Shown in pieces: positions 1 through 11,940 of a stretch of 64,000 nt of DNA. Within the stretch, counting starts at the first letter, position 1. The number at the start of each line of letters is the position of its first letter. Below the pieces are notes generated by a model that saw nothing but the letters and a program-made list of their open reading frames with translations, was not told the origin of the DNA and searched no databases. Source of the DNA: an uncultured Planctomycetota bacterium (GTDB lineage Bacteria > Planctomycetota > Planctomycetia > Isosphaerales > Isosphaeraceae); contig CAWJTV010000042.1 of assembly GCA_963845755.1 (NCBI GenBank), positions 160,001-224,000 on the forward strand, in the 5' to 3' direction. Both the position numbers and the translations under genes were made by a program.

Positions 1-3000
1 CCCGAGATGATCCGGGAGAGGTCGAGCAGGTCCTCGATGAGCTGGGTCTGAATCTTGGCGTTTCGATCGATGGCGTCGAGTCCCTGCTGGATGTCGTCCT
101 CGTCGAGCTTGCCCGATTGGAGCAACCGCGACCAGCCGACGATCGCATTGAGCGGCGTTCGGAGCTCGTGAGAGAGGGTCGCGAGGAATTGATCCTTCAT
201 CCGACTCGCCGATTCGGCCTCGGCTCGGGCATCTTGCGCGTTCTGGTAAAGCCGGGCATTGTTCAACCGCTAGGCCGGCGCGGCGGGCCAGTTCCTCGGC
301 GATGCGCAGGTCGCCCTCCCGGAAGCGACGACCCGATCGGGCAACACGGCCGAGCGACATCGCCCCGAGGACCTTCTCGCGGGCCTTCAGCGGAACGGTC
401 ATCGAGGATGCGATCCGGAGCTTCCGCAAGAATTGGAGATGCTGGGCATCGATCGATCCGGATCGCAGCCACTCGTCGGTCACTTCGGGATCGTACGCGG
501 ACCTCCCGCTGGTGAGGACCCGGATGACCGGATGGTCCTTGAACGCCGGCGCCGGGGCGAAGCGGGATATTCCTTCGAGAGTCTCGTTGTCTCCACGCTC
601 GGTGTAAGCTCGGCCGACCCGCCTGAGGATTCCATCTCGTCCGATCACGTCGAAGACGCAGATGTCCGCCAGCCTCGGAACGATCAGGTCGGAAACGCTT
701 TGCAAGGTCGTTTCGTAGTCGAGAGACGAAGCGAACGTGGCGCTGGCCTCGGCAAGGATCCGTTCCATCTGCAGGCCCTGTTTCCGCTCGGTGATGTCGC
801 GGAAATAGACGGCGAGTCCCCCGTCCTTCGACGGATACACCTTGACCTCGAGCCAGCAGTCCCACGGTTCGTGGTGGCTCTCGAATTGGAGGCTGACATG
901 CTCCGCGAGTGCCCTGCGGAGTTCCTCTTCGAACCGGGTGCCCAGAGAGGCTGGAAACAACTCCCAGTAGACTCGGCCAAGCATCTCCTCGCGCGGTCTC
1001 CGATAAGTCCGCTCGGCCTCCGCGTTCATATAAGTGAGCCGCCAGTCGCGGTCCAGCGCGAGGAATCCGTCGGTGATGCTCTCGAGGATGTTCTCGGCCT
1101 CGGCTCGGAGGTCCCGCTCGCGCGTGGCGGCGATGCGGTGGACGCGGGCCAGCTCCAGGTGGGCGGAGACCCTCGCCAAGAGTTCTCGCGCGCTGAAGGG
1201 CTTGATGAGGTAGTCGTCCGCTCCGGCTTCCAGACCTTCGACCCGAGATTCTTCCCCCGCACGGGCCGAGAGAAGGATCACCGGAATCGCGGCGGTCGCG
1301 GGGCTGCCTCGGAGGGCCCTCAATACATCGAAACCGCTGAGTGACGGCATCATCACATCCGAGAGGATCAAGTCAAAGGGCTGCCGTTGCGCAGCGGCCA
1401 GGGCCTCCTGGCCGTCGTGAACGGCCGTCACGTCATAGCGCCTCGGCCAGGAGCCGCGTGACGTAATCGCGCATGTCGGCGTTGTCGTCGGCCACGAGGA
1501 TTCGCGGCCGATCGACCCCCGGGACGCTCCCGGCAGGATCCTCGTGTCGTGAGATCCCTGCATAATCGGCCCCGATCGGTTCGGACATCGGCACGGCTTG
1601 CAAATCCGGCGGCAGCCATCGCATCGCCTCTTCGACATAAGGGGTCGCCCCCATCGCCGTGGATGCCAGGTACCGTGTTCCCTGGATCCGATCTGCCGGA
1701 AGGTGGTCGGATCCCAGGGGGATCGCCACGGTGAGGGTCGTTCCCGAGCCCAGGACACTCGCGACTCCCACCCGCCCGCCATGAAGGCGGGTCAGTTCCT
1801 GGACCAAGGCCAAGCCGATCCCCGTTCCCTCATGGGTGCGCCCGCGGGCTCCCTCGACACGGTGGAACCGCTCGAATAGATGGGGCAGCTCGTCCGCCGG
1901 GATCCCTGTCCCCGTATCACGCACTCGTAACTCGACCGTGTCGGTCTCTGCATGCAGCGTGACCGCGATCGAGCCTTCCAGAGTGTACTTGAACGCATTC
2001 GAGAGGAGATTGAGAACGATCTTCTCCCACATGTCGCGGTCGACGTAGGCCGGCTCGGGCAGGGGTGGGCATTCGACAACGAGCTGCATCCCCGCGCGCT
2101 CGATCGCGGAGCGGAACACACTCGTGAGGTCCGTCGTCAGCGCGGCGAGGTCCGTCGGCTGATAGACCGCCTGGATGCGACCGGCCTCGATCCGGGAGAA
2201 GTCGAGGAGCGTATTCACCAGCTTGAGGAGTCGCAGGGCATTGCGATGGATGATCTCGACGCGCTCGCGCTGCCGGCGTGCGAGTGGCTCGCTCGTCTCG
2301 GCCAGAGCGTCCTCGGCGGGACCGAGCATCAGCGCCAGCGGGGTTCGGAATTCATGGCTGACGTTCGAGAAGAAGACTGTCTTCGCCCGGTCGAGTTCGG
2401 CGAGGGCCTCCGCTCGCCGGCGCTCTTCCTCGTAAGCCTGGGCGTTGGCGACGCTGGCCGAGATCTGGCCGGCGGCCAGGTTGATGAACCCAGAATAGTC
2501 GTCGTCGAAGAGTCGGAAGGGGTTGAGTCCGGCGATCAGGATGCCCGAACGACCGGTTTCCCCCGTCGGGGCGATCGGTGCCGCGATGGCGCGCTGCGGC
2601 GGCCGGTTCCAGGCTCCCATTGGCATGTCCCCGAACGGCGCCACCAGCTCCGAAACGAGGATCGCTTTGTTCGACCGGATGACCTCCAGGAAAGGCCAGG
2701 CGGATCCGGACTCCAGGTCGACGACCTCCGGGGCCGCCGCGTGTCCTCGCTCGATGCCGGATACGCCCGCCAGCGTGGCTCGACGCCGATCCCGGTCGAA
2801 GAGGTAGATCATCGCGAACGGCAGGTCGAGCAGGTTCGAGCCCAGACAGCGCGCGCTCCGCATGCAGGCTTCGTCCAACGTCCGGGCGTCGACGGTCCCG
2901 GCGGCCAGCTCGCGCAACAGGGCGAGCTGGCGTTCGCCGATGATCCTCCGTGTGTCGTCCGTGTTCGCGCAGATGATTCCGCCGGCACCCCCGTAATCGT

Positions 3001-3436
3001 TTGGCACGGGGCTATAGGAGAATGTGTAATAGGTCTCCTCCTGATAGCCGTGCCGCTCCATGATCAGGAGAAGTGCTTCATCGTAGGTCCCCTCGTTCTT
3101 GAGCATCGCCGATTCGGCACGCGGGCCGACCTGGTCCCAGATCTCCCCCCACACCCGCGATGCGGGCTGCCCCAGGGAATCGGGATGCTTGCCTCCGACA
3201 ATTGACCGATAGGCGTCGTTATACAGATTGATCAGCTCGTCACCCCACCATACGAACATGGGCTGGCGCGAGGTCAACATGATTCGTACTGCCGTCTTGA
3301 GGCTCTGGGGCCATTGACAGACGCTGCCCAAAGGTGTCCCGGCCCAGTCCCGGGCACGCATCAGCGCACTCATCTCGCCGCTTCCGGCAAGACAGTCGTA
3401 GCCATCATATAAGTTTAATTTATTATTATTACTCAT
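1..3436 (-). CDS. Large hybrid sensor histidine kinase/response regulator (PAS/GAF-HisKA-HATPase-REC-PAS-GAF-HisKA...), runs off the window start; apparent frameshifts near 1440 and 262
   Basis: ORF 1433-3475 has H-box FFSNVSHEFRTPL, N-box NLLSNAFKYT, G-boxes DTGTGI/GTGIGL and the REC start ILVADDNADMR. After a +1 shift it continues with DLILSDVMMP...GADDYLIKPFSARELLARV, PAS, GAF and a second H-box FLATLSHELRTPLNAI. Start placed at MSNNNKL. Confidence 0.85.
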
Positions 3437-3975
3437 ATCATATCGCTGAGTTATTTGGCGAGCCCCGCGCGGCATCCTGCCGGCTCATCGAGGTCAGTCC
3501 GCCCGATTCCACGGGTGGTCGGTGGTTGTCGATCGCAAACGGTTCGTCGTTCCACCGGGAGAGATCCTGGTACTTCGCGACCAGGCGCGGACTCGGGCCT
3601 CGCGCGATTCAGCGGTTTCGCCGTTCGTCCTGCCTCTGAATCGGCGATATCGCTTTCCTGGAGGATCTTCAACACATGTCACGACTCATGATTTCGGTTT
3701 GCTATCGGATCGAGCCAGTGGCCACAGGACGGCTGGCGACAGGTCCTTTCCCATGTCCGCTGGTCGGACAGAACGGACGGCGATCCCCCCGTAGTCCCAC
3801 GAGATTCGCGCAGGTCGCGTTCGCTTCCGGGACCAAGTCCCAGCGCAACGATCTGGGCTGACCCTTGCTCATTTCCGCCTTCTCTTCGAGTACACGGAGA
3901 GCGAAGGCTTGACAAGAGTAATCTTACGCAGATTCCGTGCCGAACGCTGGACGGTTATCGGAGATACATGAGAGT

Positions 3976-4751
3976 TCAAACCGAGGGATGGGCCGCATAG
4001 AGAGGGTAGATATGGATCTTCAGTTTCGGCAGCAACCGCTGAAGATCTTGGACCCCGGGGAAGCTCACTCGGGTACCGTACAGATCGATCCACCGGAGGC
4101 TTTTCAGTTTCTTGAGATGAACTAGGCTGGCATCGCTGATGTTGGTCCCGCTGAGGGCGAGTCCCTGAAGCCGAATCATGCCCTCCAGGTGTACCAGGCC
4201 GGCGTCGCTGATGTCGGTGTTGTTGAGATTCAACTGCTTGAGGCCGGTCAGTCCTCTCAGGTGGGCCAGTCCGGCTTCGGAAATCTCGTTGTCGCCCACC
4301 TCCAGCACCCGCAACCTGGTCAGTCTCTTGAGGTGGAACAGGCCCTCATTCGTTGCAGATGAGTCTCCGTAGAGCCGTGTAATGTCCAGCTCTTCCAGCC
4401 CGCGAAGTTTGCCGACATGGACAAGAACATCATCTGAACGCGGCCCGTAAAGGCCGACCGAGACGACCTTGCTGAGAAGATCGATTTCGACTCGCTCGAG
4501 CAGCCATCGGGGATAAGGCGGCTTTGCCATCGGGTCCGACTTCCCATCTTTCCATTGTCAGTCATACCAGACCCCGTAACCAACCTCCTCGAGTGCTTCC
4601 ACAGCCGCGCGCTGAGCCTCGGCCGATCGGATTCGGCGGACGATCTCGCCCGGCGTGAGACCGATGACGAGGATGAGCGCTAACATCGCCGCGCACTGAG
4701 ATGAAAGCGAATTCGCCGTCTGGCGGACGGCCGCGGTCGCTGAGGATCCAT
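3976..4751 (-). pseudogene. Leucine-rich-repeat protein with N-terminal membrane anchor; interrupted by an in-frame TGA (4558-4560) and a probable frameshift near 4690
   Basis: LRR units such as LRGLTGLKQLNLNNTDISDAGLVHLEG. ORFs 4558-4794 and 3976-4530 are in one frame, joined as ...VWYD-TGA-QWKDG.... ATG at 4751 has an AGGAG RBS. Confidence 0.65.
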
Positions 4752-4843
4752 CGCGATGGCTCCTGCGGGGCGGGCCGGAATCGTTCGAACGCAATCATCG
4801 AGATCACCGTGTTAGACCTGCACGCGCCGGGAATGGTTCCCCC

Positions 4844-6316
4844 TCAGCGTTTCTCCACGGTGAAGTCGTCCAGCTCCTTGCCATCGCCGGTAACCTGGCG
4901 GACGTTGAGGATCCGGCCGCGGACGTCCACCACCGTGAGCGAGTTCACCTTCGAGACGAACTTGTGGGTGAACGGCTGCCAGGTATCGGGAGCATCTTGC
5001 TGTTCGGGGTCGTAGAGATGCTGACCGCCGGCACCGGTGACCAGATAGATCACGCCGTTCGGGTGAGTGTTGACCCGGCCGTCGAACGATTTGTCGAAGG
5101 TCCAGGTGCCGGCGACCAGCTTCTTCTCGCGAACCGGCCGGCCGTCAGGACCCTTGTTCGGTACGAAGTGCATGGGGAACGTGCGCTGGTAGTTGTGAAC
5201 GTGGCCGCTGAAGACCAGATCGACGCGGCCTTTCTCGAAGACCTCGGTCAGAACTCGCATCTGTTGATCGTCGGCGTGTTCCTTGGAGGAGTGGAGGCCG
5301 GGATGGTGAAACGTGACAAAGCGCCAGGTGGCATTTTGGGCGGCAGCCAGGTCGCGCTCGACCCAAGCTCGGAGCGCCGGCTCGGACCAATCGACGTAGG
5401 GGTTCGAGTCCAGGACCGTCCAGTGGGCGTTGGCGTAGTCGAACGAGAAGTTGGCCATCCGCGGATAGGCCGGTCCCGCCGCGTCCAGGAAGGCTTTCTG
5501 GTTGGAGTCAGGCCCCTTCAGGGGAGGGACCAGGGAGCTTCCTTCGCCTCCGTTTGGGCCATTGAGCGGCTGATCCCAGTAGAGGAAATACGCCAGGCCG
5601 TCGGGGTACTTTTCCAGGTCGCGCGTCGCGATGTCGTGGTTGCCGGGCGCGGCCACGAAAAGGGTCGAGCGCAACAGCGGGGCACCCTGAGACGGCGACG
5701 CCTCGTCGGCGTTGTAGACAGGCCAGAACTTGTCCCGATACTCGGAGATCCGTCCTCGGGCGTAGACGATGTCGCCCGGGATCATGACAAAGTCGGGATG
5801 CTCCAGGTAGGCACGGTGCGCGATCACCTTCTGCTCAGGTGTTCCCGCGGCGCAATCGCCGTACGCGACAAACCGATAGGGCTGATCGGCGGCCTTGGGA
5901 CTCGTAGCCTGCGCCTCGAAAACTTTCTCACCACCCTTGCTCAACCGGTACGAAAAGAGGCCACCTGGCACGAGGTCTTTCAATGCCACACGATAGAGCC
6001 AGTGCGGAGGAATCCCCGCGACGGCGATTGGCCGCATGGAAGGGGCCTCGGCCTTACTCCAGGGCCGATCTTTGCCGGGCTGGTATTCGACCGACCAGTT
6101 GGCACCGTCGTCGCTCGTGTGCCAGAGGACGAGTAGCCCCGAAGCGCCCCGTGATGTCGCCTCTCCCGATTGCAGGTAGGGCTTGACGAGGAAAGGGCCG
6201 TCGGATGCCTTGGGGACGGGCGCCGTGGCTGGCGCTTTCGCGTCCTGAGCCAGGGCAATCTTCGTGCTCGCTCCAACCAGGCACACGGCAACGAACAGGC
6301 AACGTGCGATTCTCAT
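4844..6316 (-). CDS. Secreted metallophosphoesterase (purple acid phosphatase-like)
   Basis: Signal peptide; motifs YGD, GDIVY, PGNHD, FHHP, SGHVHNYQR. Confidence 0.9.
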   Translation of the reverse strand: MRIARCLFVAVCLVGASTKIALAQDAKAPATAPVPKASDGPFLVKPYLQSGEATSRGASGLLVLWHTSDDGANWSVEYQPGKDRPWSKAEAPSMRPIAVAGIPPHWLYRVALKDLVPGGLFSYRLSKGGEKVFEAQATSPKAADQPYRFVAYGDCAAGTPEQKVIAHRAYLEHPDFVMIPGDIVYARGRISEYRDKFWPVYNADEASPSQGAPLLRSTLFVAAPGNHDIATRDLEKYPDGLAYFLYWDQPLNGPNGGEGSSLVPPLKGPDSNQKAFLDAAGPAYPRMANFSFDYANAHWTVLDSNPYVDWSEPALRAWVERDLAAAQNATWRFVTFHHPGLHSSKEHADDQQMRVLTEVFEKGRVDLVFSGHVHNYQRTFPMHFVPNKGPDGRPVREKKLVAGTWTFDKSFDGRVNTHPNGVIYLVTGAGGQHLYDPEQQDAPDTWQPFTHKFVSKVNSLTVVDVRGRILNVRQVTGDGKELDDFTVEKR

Positions 6317-6673
6317 TGACCGGACTCCGGGTCAGATGGAGATTTCCAGAGGTTCTCGGACGGCGACGAGCTGACAGATGGACGACCGCAATGCTCCCGG
6401 GCTCCAAGCCAACGAGCATGGGCGAGCAGGTCGTCAGAAGCAAGGGATGTTCTGATGGAGAATTCATGAAGAATAAGTTAACCGTTCGGCGACCCGGGAA
6501 GACCCATACGCTCGCAAGGAGACCGATTTTCGTTTATACCAATTTGCATCTCGCCGTTTCGGCTGTTAGCGTACCACCCAGGTGCGGCTCGATTTCCTCC
6601 CCGCTCCGGCTTCCTTGCCAGACCGCGCTGAAGCCTCCGGCCGCCGGCAAGAAGAAGAGATAGGGCCACTGCA

Positions 6674-8605
6674 ATGGGAGAGAACTGTCCCGCGGATCGC
6701 CCTGGCCCCGAGGCCGGGGCGGGACTGGCACCGACGACCCGGGCGTCGGACCTGGTCCTTCTGTCGGCCTGGCTTGGCCTGGCCGCAGGCTGGATCGAGG
6801 TTGGGACGAGGGTGTCTCTCAAGAACGCCCTCGGGCCCGGCCAGATGTACCGGATCATGCGGCATTTCTTGTGGGCGGTGCCGCTAGCCAACCTGCTCTT
6901 GTTCCTGGCACTTGGCCTGATCACTGCGGCGGCGGCTCGGCGCTGGCCCAGATCGTCGTGGTGGCTCGGGTGCCGCATGCTCTTGACCGCTGCCATCCTG
7001 CCGCCCTTGCTCCTGGCCGGGCGGCAGATCTATTCCTGGGCCTGGCTGCTCCTGGCGGCTGGTATTGCGGTGCGGGCGATGCCCCGCCTTGAGCGGACCA
7101 GGATCGACTGGCGGTGGTGGGGACGTCGGACGCTCCCCGCGCTTTCGGTACCGGTCGCGGTCGTCGCCGGGATCATCGTGAGCGCCGACTGGCTCGCCTT
7201 GGTTCGGTTGGCCGCGGGCCCGATACCGCCGGCCGGCGCTCCCGACGTCCTGTTCATCGTCCTCGACACGGTCCGGGCGGATCGGCTGAGCCTCTACGGC
7301 TACGACCGGCCAACCAGCCCGGTCCTGCAGCGACTGGCCACGCGCGGCATCCGCTTCGACGAGGCGCGGTCGTCGGCGCCCTGGACGCTCCCCTCTCACG
7401 CCAGCTTCTTCACCGGCCGCTGGCCGCGCGAGCTCGGGGTTGGCTGGCAGGCCCCGCTCCGCACCCCGTTCTCGACCCTGGCCGAGTACCTCGCCTCGCG
7501 GGGCTACGAGACGGCCGGCTTCGTGGCCAATGTCGAGTATTGCTCCTACGATGCGGGGCTGGCGCGCGGTTTCGCCCACTACGAGGACTACCCCTTCGAC
7601 CTGGCGCACCTCCGCCCGCTGCGGACGTCCATCCTCTGGGGGCTCGCGTGGGACACTGCGACCTGGGCGGGCCTCTCGTCCGGAATGAGCCGGTATCATC
7701 CGGTCCTCCGATGGCTCATGGCACCCGACCGCAAGGACGCCGGTACGATCAACGACGCGTTCCTCGGCTGGCTGGACCGCCGCCGTAGCCGCCGCCCTTA
7801 CTTCGCCTTCCTCAATTACTACGACGCCCACGCGCCCTACCTGCCGCCCGAAGGGACGCCGATTCGGTTCGGGTCGGGCCCGCGCTCTGAGCTCGATTTC
7901 TTGCTCCTCGTCGAGCACTGGAGCGAGACCGACAAGCTACACCTCCGCCAGAACTTCGCTGACCTGATCCTCGATTCCTACGAGAACTGCCTGGCGTATC
8001 TCGACGGGCGGCTCGGGCGGCTTTTCGTCGAGCTCGGCCGGCGCGGGTCAATGGATCGCACGCTGGTCATCATCACTGCCGACCACGGCGAGGAGCTCGG
8101 GGATCACGAGCTGTTCGAGCACGGGGAGAGCCTCTATCGGCCCGAGATCCGCGTGCCGCTCCTTTTCATCCTGCCGTCGGGCCGGTACGCGGGGAGCGTC
8201 GTCCGCGAGACGGTGAGTCTTCGCGATCTGCCGTCGACGATCGTTGACCTGGCCGGCCTGACGGACGGCTCCCCATTCCCGGGCCGGTCGCTCGCCCGGC
8301 TCTGGCGCGATCCTCGATCGGGGCACCGCGACTTCGATGCCGACGACGCCTTCTCCGAGCTGCCCGTGCCCAACCCGACCCTCCCCAGCAAGGGCCGGTC
8401 GCCCGCCGCGAAGGGGCCGCTGGTCTCGCTGGCCCGCGACAAGTACGTCTACATCCGCAACGAGGGAGACGGTCGGGAGCAGCTCTACGACGAGTCGGCC
8501 GACCCGCGCGAGCTGACCGACCTCTCCGAAGACGCCCGGTTACAGCCGATCCTCCGGCTGCTCCGCGCGCGGCTCGATCGGATCTCCGGCCCACGCCCGA
8601 GGTGA
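6674..8605 (+). CDS. Membrane-anchored sulfatase-like hydrolase/transferase (alkaline phosphatase superfamily)
   Basis: N-terminal TM helices; VLFIVLDTVRAD, WTLPSHASFFTG, NYYDAHAPY, ITADHGEELGDH. Confidence 0.85.
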   Translation: MGENCPADRPGPEAGAGLAPTTRASDLVLLSAWLGLAAGWIEVGTRVSLKNALGPGQMYRIMRHFLWAVPLANLLLFLALGLITAAAARRWPRSSWWLGCRMLLTAAILPPLLLAGRQIYSWAWLLLAAGIAVRAMPRLERTRIDWRWWGRRTLPALSVPVAVVAGIIVSADWLALVRLAAGPIPPAGAPDVLFIVLDTVRADRLSLYGYDRPTSPVLQRLATRGIRFDEARSSAPWTLPSHASFFTGRWPRELGVGWQAPLRTPFSTLAEYLASRGYETAGFVANVEYCSYDAGLARGFAHYEDYPFDLAHLRPLRTSILWGLAWDTATWAGLSSGMSRYHPVLRWLMAPDRKDAGTINDAFLGWLDRRRSRRPYFAFLNYYDAHAPYLPPEGTPIRFGSGPRSELDFLLLVEHWSETDKLHLRQNFADLILDSYENCLAYLDGRLGRLFVELGRRGSMDRTLVIITADHGEELGDHELFEHGESLYRPEIRVPLLFILPSGRYAGSVVRETVSLRDLPSTIVDLAGLTDGSPFPGRSLARLWRDPRSGHRDFDADDAFSELPVPNPTLPSKGRSPAAKGPLVSLARDKYVYIRNEGDGREQLYDESADPRELTDLSEDARLQPILRLLRARLDRISGPRPR

Positions 8606-8744
8606 GGGGCGAGCTTGACGAAGTGGCCACGCAGAATGATTGTCGTGAAGGCGTTTCGCCTGCCCACCGTGCAGGCTGGAAGCCCGGACCAGAAGTGCCA
8701 AGTCCTGGCTGCGGCGCCGCTGAGCGGCCCAGCGACCGCCTCGC

Positions 8745-9788
8745 TCAATCCCGAGGGTGGACGAGCAAGGCCGTCTGGAACCGGCTGGGGAGTCTGGTCG
8801 CGTGCGGGTCGTTGTCGTAGGTGATCAGGAGCTTGATCTCGGTCCGGTGGCCGGCCGCTTTGACGCCGAGCACGGCCAGGCCCCCGGCCTTCATCCCGGC
8901 CTCGAAGGTCGCATACGAGCGCCCCATATTCGGCTGGCCGTTGTTGACGAGCGAGAGGGTGTTGCTGTGGACCGCATCGTCGGCGCCCACCATCGCCGTG
9001 AGGACGAGGAAGCCGCCCATCGCGGGGACGTACTCCAGCGAGGTGAGTTGCGGGGCGATGTCCTCGCGGCGGCTGGCGTCGAACGCGAACGTGCGACGGA
9101 GGCTGAGCGTGGCGTCGGGCGAAGGCGCATCGGTGATGTCGGCAGCGAACGCTCTGATCTTGTCATCCGGCTTGCGGAGTCCGATGACCAGCTCGCGGTG
9201 GCCGCCGGCCTCGCGGACCGCCAGCCCGCCGACCTCCCGTTCCGCGACCCGCGCGGCATCGAGCCCCTGCGCTCGCAGCGCGGCCTCGAGCGGGCCGGCG
9301 ATGTCCCAGCGGACGACCGAGGCGTCCTCGATGGCGGGAGGGTCGCCGCTCCGGAGGCGGAACCGGACCACCATGCTGCTGGCCGCCCGCTCCTCGACAG
9401 TCTTACCGCTGTGCGAGCCGACCAGGTAGTAGTTCCCCTCCGAGTCGAGGGCCATGCCCTGCCAACTCGGGCCGGTCTTGGTCGTCGGGGGCAACTTCGA
9501 CGAGCCGAGCGGCGCGCCCACGAGCGCGCCTGTGGCGACGTCAACGACGTGGAGCGCGGCGGCGTTGTCATCCGCCACCAGCACCCGGCGGCCGTCGCCG
9601 AGCGGCGCGACGCCGGAGGGCTCGATGTCGACGTCCGCCCGGCCGTCCCGCAGAAACGGGGCCGGTTTGCTCGCTGATTCCAGCCGGTAGTGGTGGGCAA
9701 GGGCGGCCCCGGCGAACAGGCCGGTGAGCCCCAGGCTCACTGCGGCCGCCCGGAGCAGGCTGGTCGGAAGGATTCGCATCGGTGTCAT
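8745..9788 (-). CDS. Secreted beta-propeller-like protein (DUF3616-like)
   Basis: Signal peptide; EPSGV, YYLVGSHS, LVIGLRKP motifs. Confidence 0.55.
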   Translation of the reverse strand: MTPMRILPTSLLRAAAVSLGLTGLFAGAALAHHYRLESASKPAPFLRDGRADVDIEPSGVAPLGDGRRVLVADDNAAALHVVDVATGALVGAPLGSSKLPPTTKTGPSWQGMALDSEGNYYLVGSHSGKTVEERAASSMVVRFRLRSGDPPAIEDASVVRWDIAGPLEAALRAQGLDAARVAEREVGGLAVREAGGHRELVIGLRKPDDKIRAFAADITDAPSPDATLSLRRTFAFDASRREDIAPQLTSLEYVPAMGGFLVLTAMVGADDAVHSNTLSLVNNGQPNMGRSYATFEAGMKAGGLAVLGVKAAGHRTEIKLLITYDNDPHATRLPSRFQTALLVHPRD

Positions 9789-10243
9789 CCAGTCGGACTT
9801 GCCATGTCCAGCGTGAGGTTGGTCGACGTTCTCAAGTCACGAACAAACGGCGATGTCGTCTCGCCGAACGTCAACTCAAGGAGATTCGTGTCGTTATCGA
9901 TTCGCTTTTGCCCGCGCTTTGGCTTCGTGGACTTCTTCAACTTGTCGCGTTCCTCGCGGCGGAGGGTTTCGACCACCGCGATCCGATACTTCCCCGGCCG
10001 GATTCCCTGGCCGTCGTCACCGGGTACCGTGAAGCTCCCATCCTTGCTGTTGTATTCCGCCATTTCCATCTCGCCGCTCGGATCCCTCGACGTGTCGTCC
10101 TTGACCGGACAGAAATAAAGTGCGAGCTTGTGTCCCTCGGGCGGCTGATACATCTGCCCCCCTTTCTGAAGCACGCCCGTCACCCAGATCGTGTCACCGC
10201 CTCCACAACCCGCCAGGAAAGCGGCGCTCGAGCACCATCCCAA
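9785..10243 (-). CDS. Lipoprotein of the type typically found next to DUF1559 genes
   Basis: Lipobox LAGC; DGSFTV...GIRPGKYRIAV; directly downstream of the DUF1559 gene. Confidence 0.7.
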   Translation of the reverse strand: MGWCSSAAFLAGCGGGDTIWVTGVLQKGGQMYQPPEGHKLALYFCPVKDDTSRDPSGEMEMAEYNSKDGSFTVPGDDGQGIRPGKYRIAVVETLRREERDKLKKSTKPKRGQKRIDNDTNLLELTFGETTSPFVRDLRTSTNLTLDMASPTG

Positions 10244-10366
10244 GCCAGAGTGATCTACGCATGGCAGTGTTCAGAATGGGAAAAGAATGAAAGGGGCGGT
10301 CCGAGATGCCGCGGGGCGGCTTGTCGAGACCAGCCGTTTCGATAAGCCGCCATGTCCAAAATTCGA

Positions 10367-11546
10367 TCAATACTGGTCACTACTGAGGACGACGCCGTCA
10401 TTCTTGGCCTCGATTGCAAGCCAGACGGAGAACGAGATCGAGTTCTTGACGAAGTGCACGCTGCCGTCGCCGAAACCAACGTTCACGCCGCCCGGGTGCA
10501 TGCTCCGGCTCTGGCCGCCGCTGTTATACATGCCGCTGCCGCAGTTGAAGCCCATGCCTTGCTGAGCGGCATTCGGTACCTGCAAGCCCAAAACCGGGCC
10601 GGCTTGCATCTCGTCACCGCCGTCGTTGCAGCCCTGCGATAATATTGAAACCATTCTTATTGTTCGGAGTCGGGTTATACGGCTTCCCATGACCGCCGAG
10701 GCTCGCCATGCCCAGCCCCATCGCCCATACGCCTCGGACGTCGCACGTGGTGAGCCCCGCTCGCAGCTCGACAACGGCGGCTGTATTTGATAGTCCGTCC
10801 GTCACTGACGCAATCGTCGAGCCGAAATTCTCGCCCATCATGCCGACATGGCTCGGGAACTTCTGGCTGGCACCGGGATCATTGATTCCATTGATCTGGT
10901 GGTCGGGGTCGGTATTACCCTGAACCGCTCCGTAATTGCCGCGTGCCCAGTTTGTGAGCGTAATTCCCTTCATTTTATCCTGAGGATACGTGACCCCCTG
11001 CGCCGAGAAGAGTGCGATATCGCTGGGTTGGAAGAAATTGTTAGACGGATCGTTAAAGGGATCTGTCGGGCAGACGAACACATTCAAACGGGTCGAACGG
11101 ACCGTGGTATTGCACCAGTCCAAGTTGTACAGATTCTGATTGGGTGCCGTGCTTGCATACGGCACCGCGTAAGGCCCCGGCCAGCCCGGATATCCCAGCA
11201 CATTCGACGAATTGTAAAGAGTGGCCTGCTCGATGTAGGGCAGAATCATGATAGCCCAGTTGGGCCCAAATGGTTCTGAAAAATCGCTCCCGAGGGCGTC
11301 TGAGCCGGTGTTGTAGTTCAGGCCGGTGAGATAGGGCTCATTCACACCCTTGGGAAACGTGGCGTTGGCCGACTCGAAGTTGTGCAAGCCGAGCAGAAGC
11401 TGCTTCACGTTGTTGACGCACTGCGCTCGCCGGGCCGCTTCCCGCGCCGCCTGCACGGCCGGAAGCAAAAGCGCGATGAGCACGGCGATGATCGCGATGA
11501 CCACCAGCAGTTCGATAAGAGTGAACCCGCGACGGCGTCCGGTCAT
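10367..11546 (-). CDS. DUF1559 prepilin-type / H-X9-DG protein (frameshift near 10640)
   Basis: [38 protein letters not shown]-terminus; VTDGLSNT; C-terminal [16 protein letters not shown] lies in the adjacent frame (ORF 10367-10774). Confidence 0.92.
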
Positions 11547-11940
11547 GATGCGATGCTCCGATGGAGAGAAGAGGCCGAGGTCGATCCGTAGCTCCGGTCA
11601 TGTACGGACGTAAATTATAGGAATATTCGGATGGTCGTATTGCGTGGTTTGATTGAAGATCAGATGAAGCTGTTGTTAGTTTTCATTTACATTGCGAATG
11701 GCCGACTGGGGATGGGAATCCTGTCGAGAGGGATGGGGACCACCTCCCTCCTTCAGGCGACTCGTGACGCGAGTGGCCAATCAGGTCGTCCGCTTATTGG
11801 CTAATGCGATTGAATTGAGATCCACGGGGCGGGTAGAGTGGATTTCGGCCGCGGTTGCATTCATTGGACTTCGGTTGAGCCGTGCGGACGAATGCCGTGC
11901 GGATCGACCCTTCCGAACGCTTATCGAGGAGTTCCGAGCG

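Noticed and set aside
4558..4560. Selenocysteine or TGA-to-Trp recoding
   Set aside because: The position is not a Cys-type site, and TGA serves as a normal stop in many genes here.
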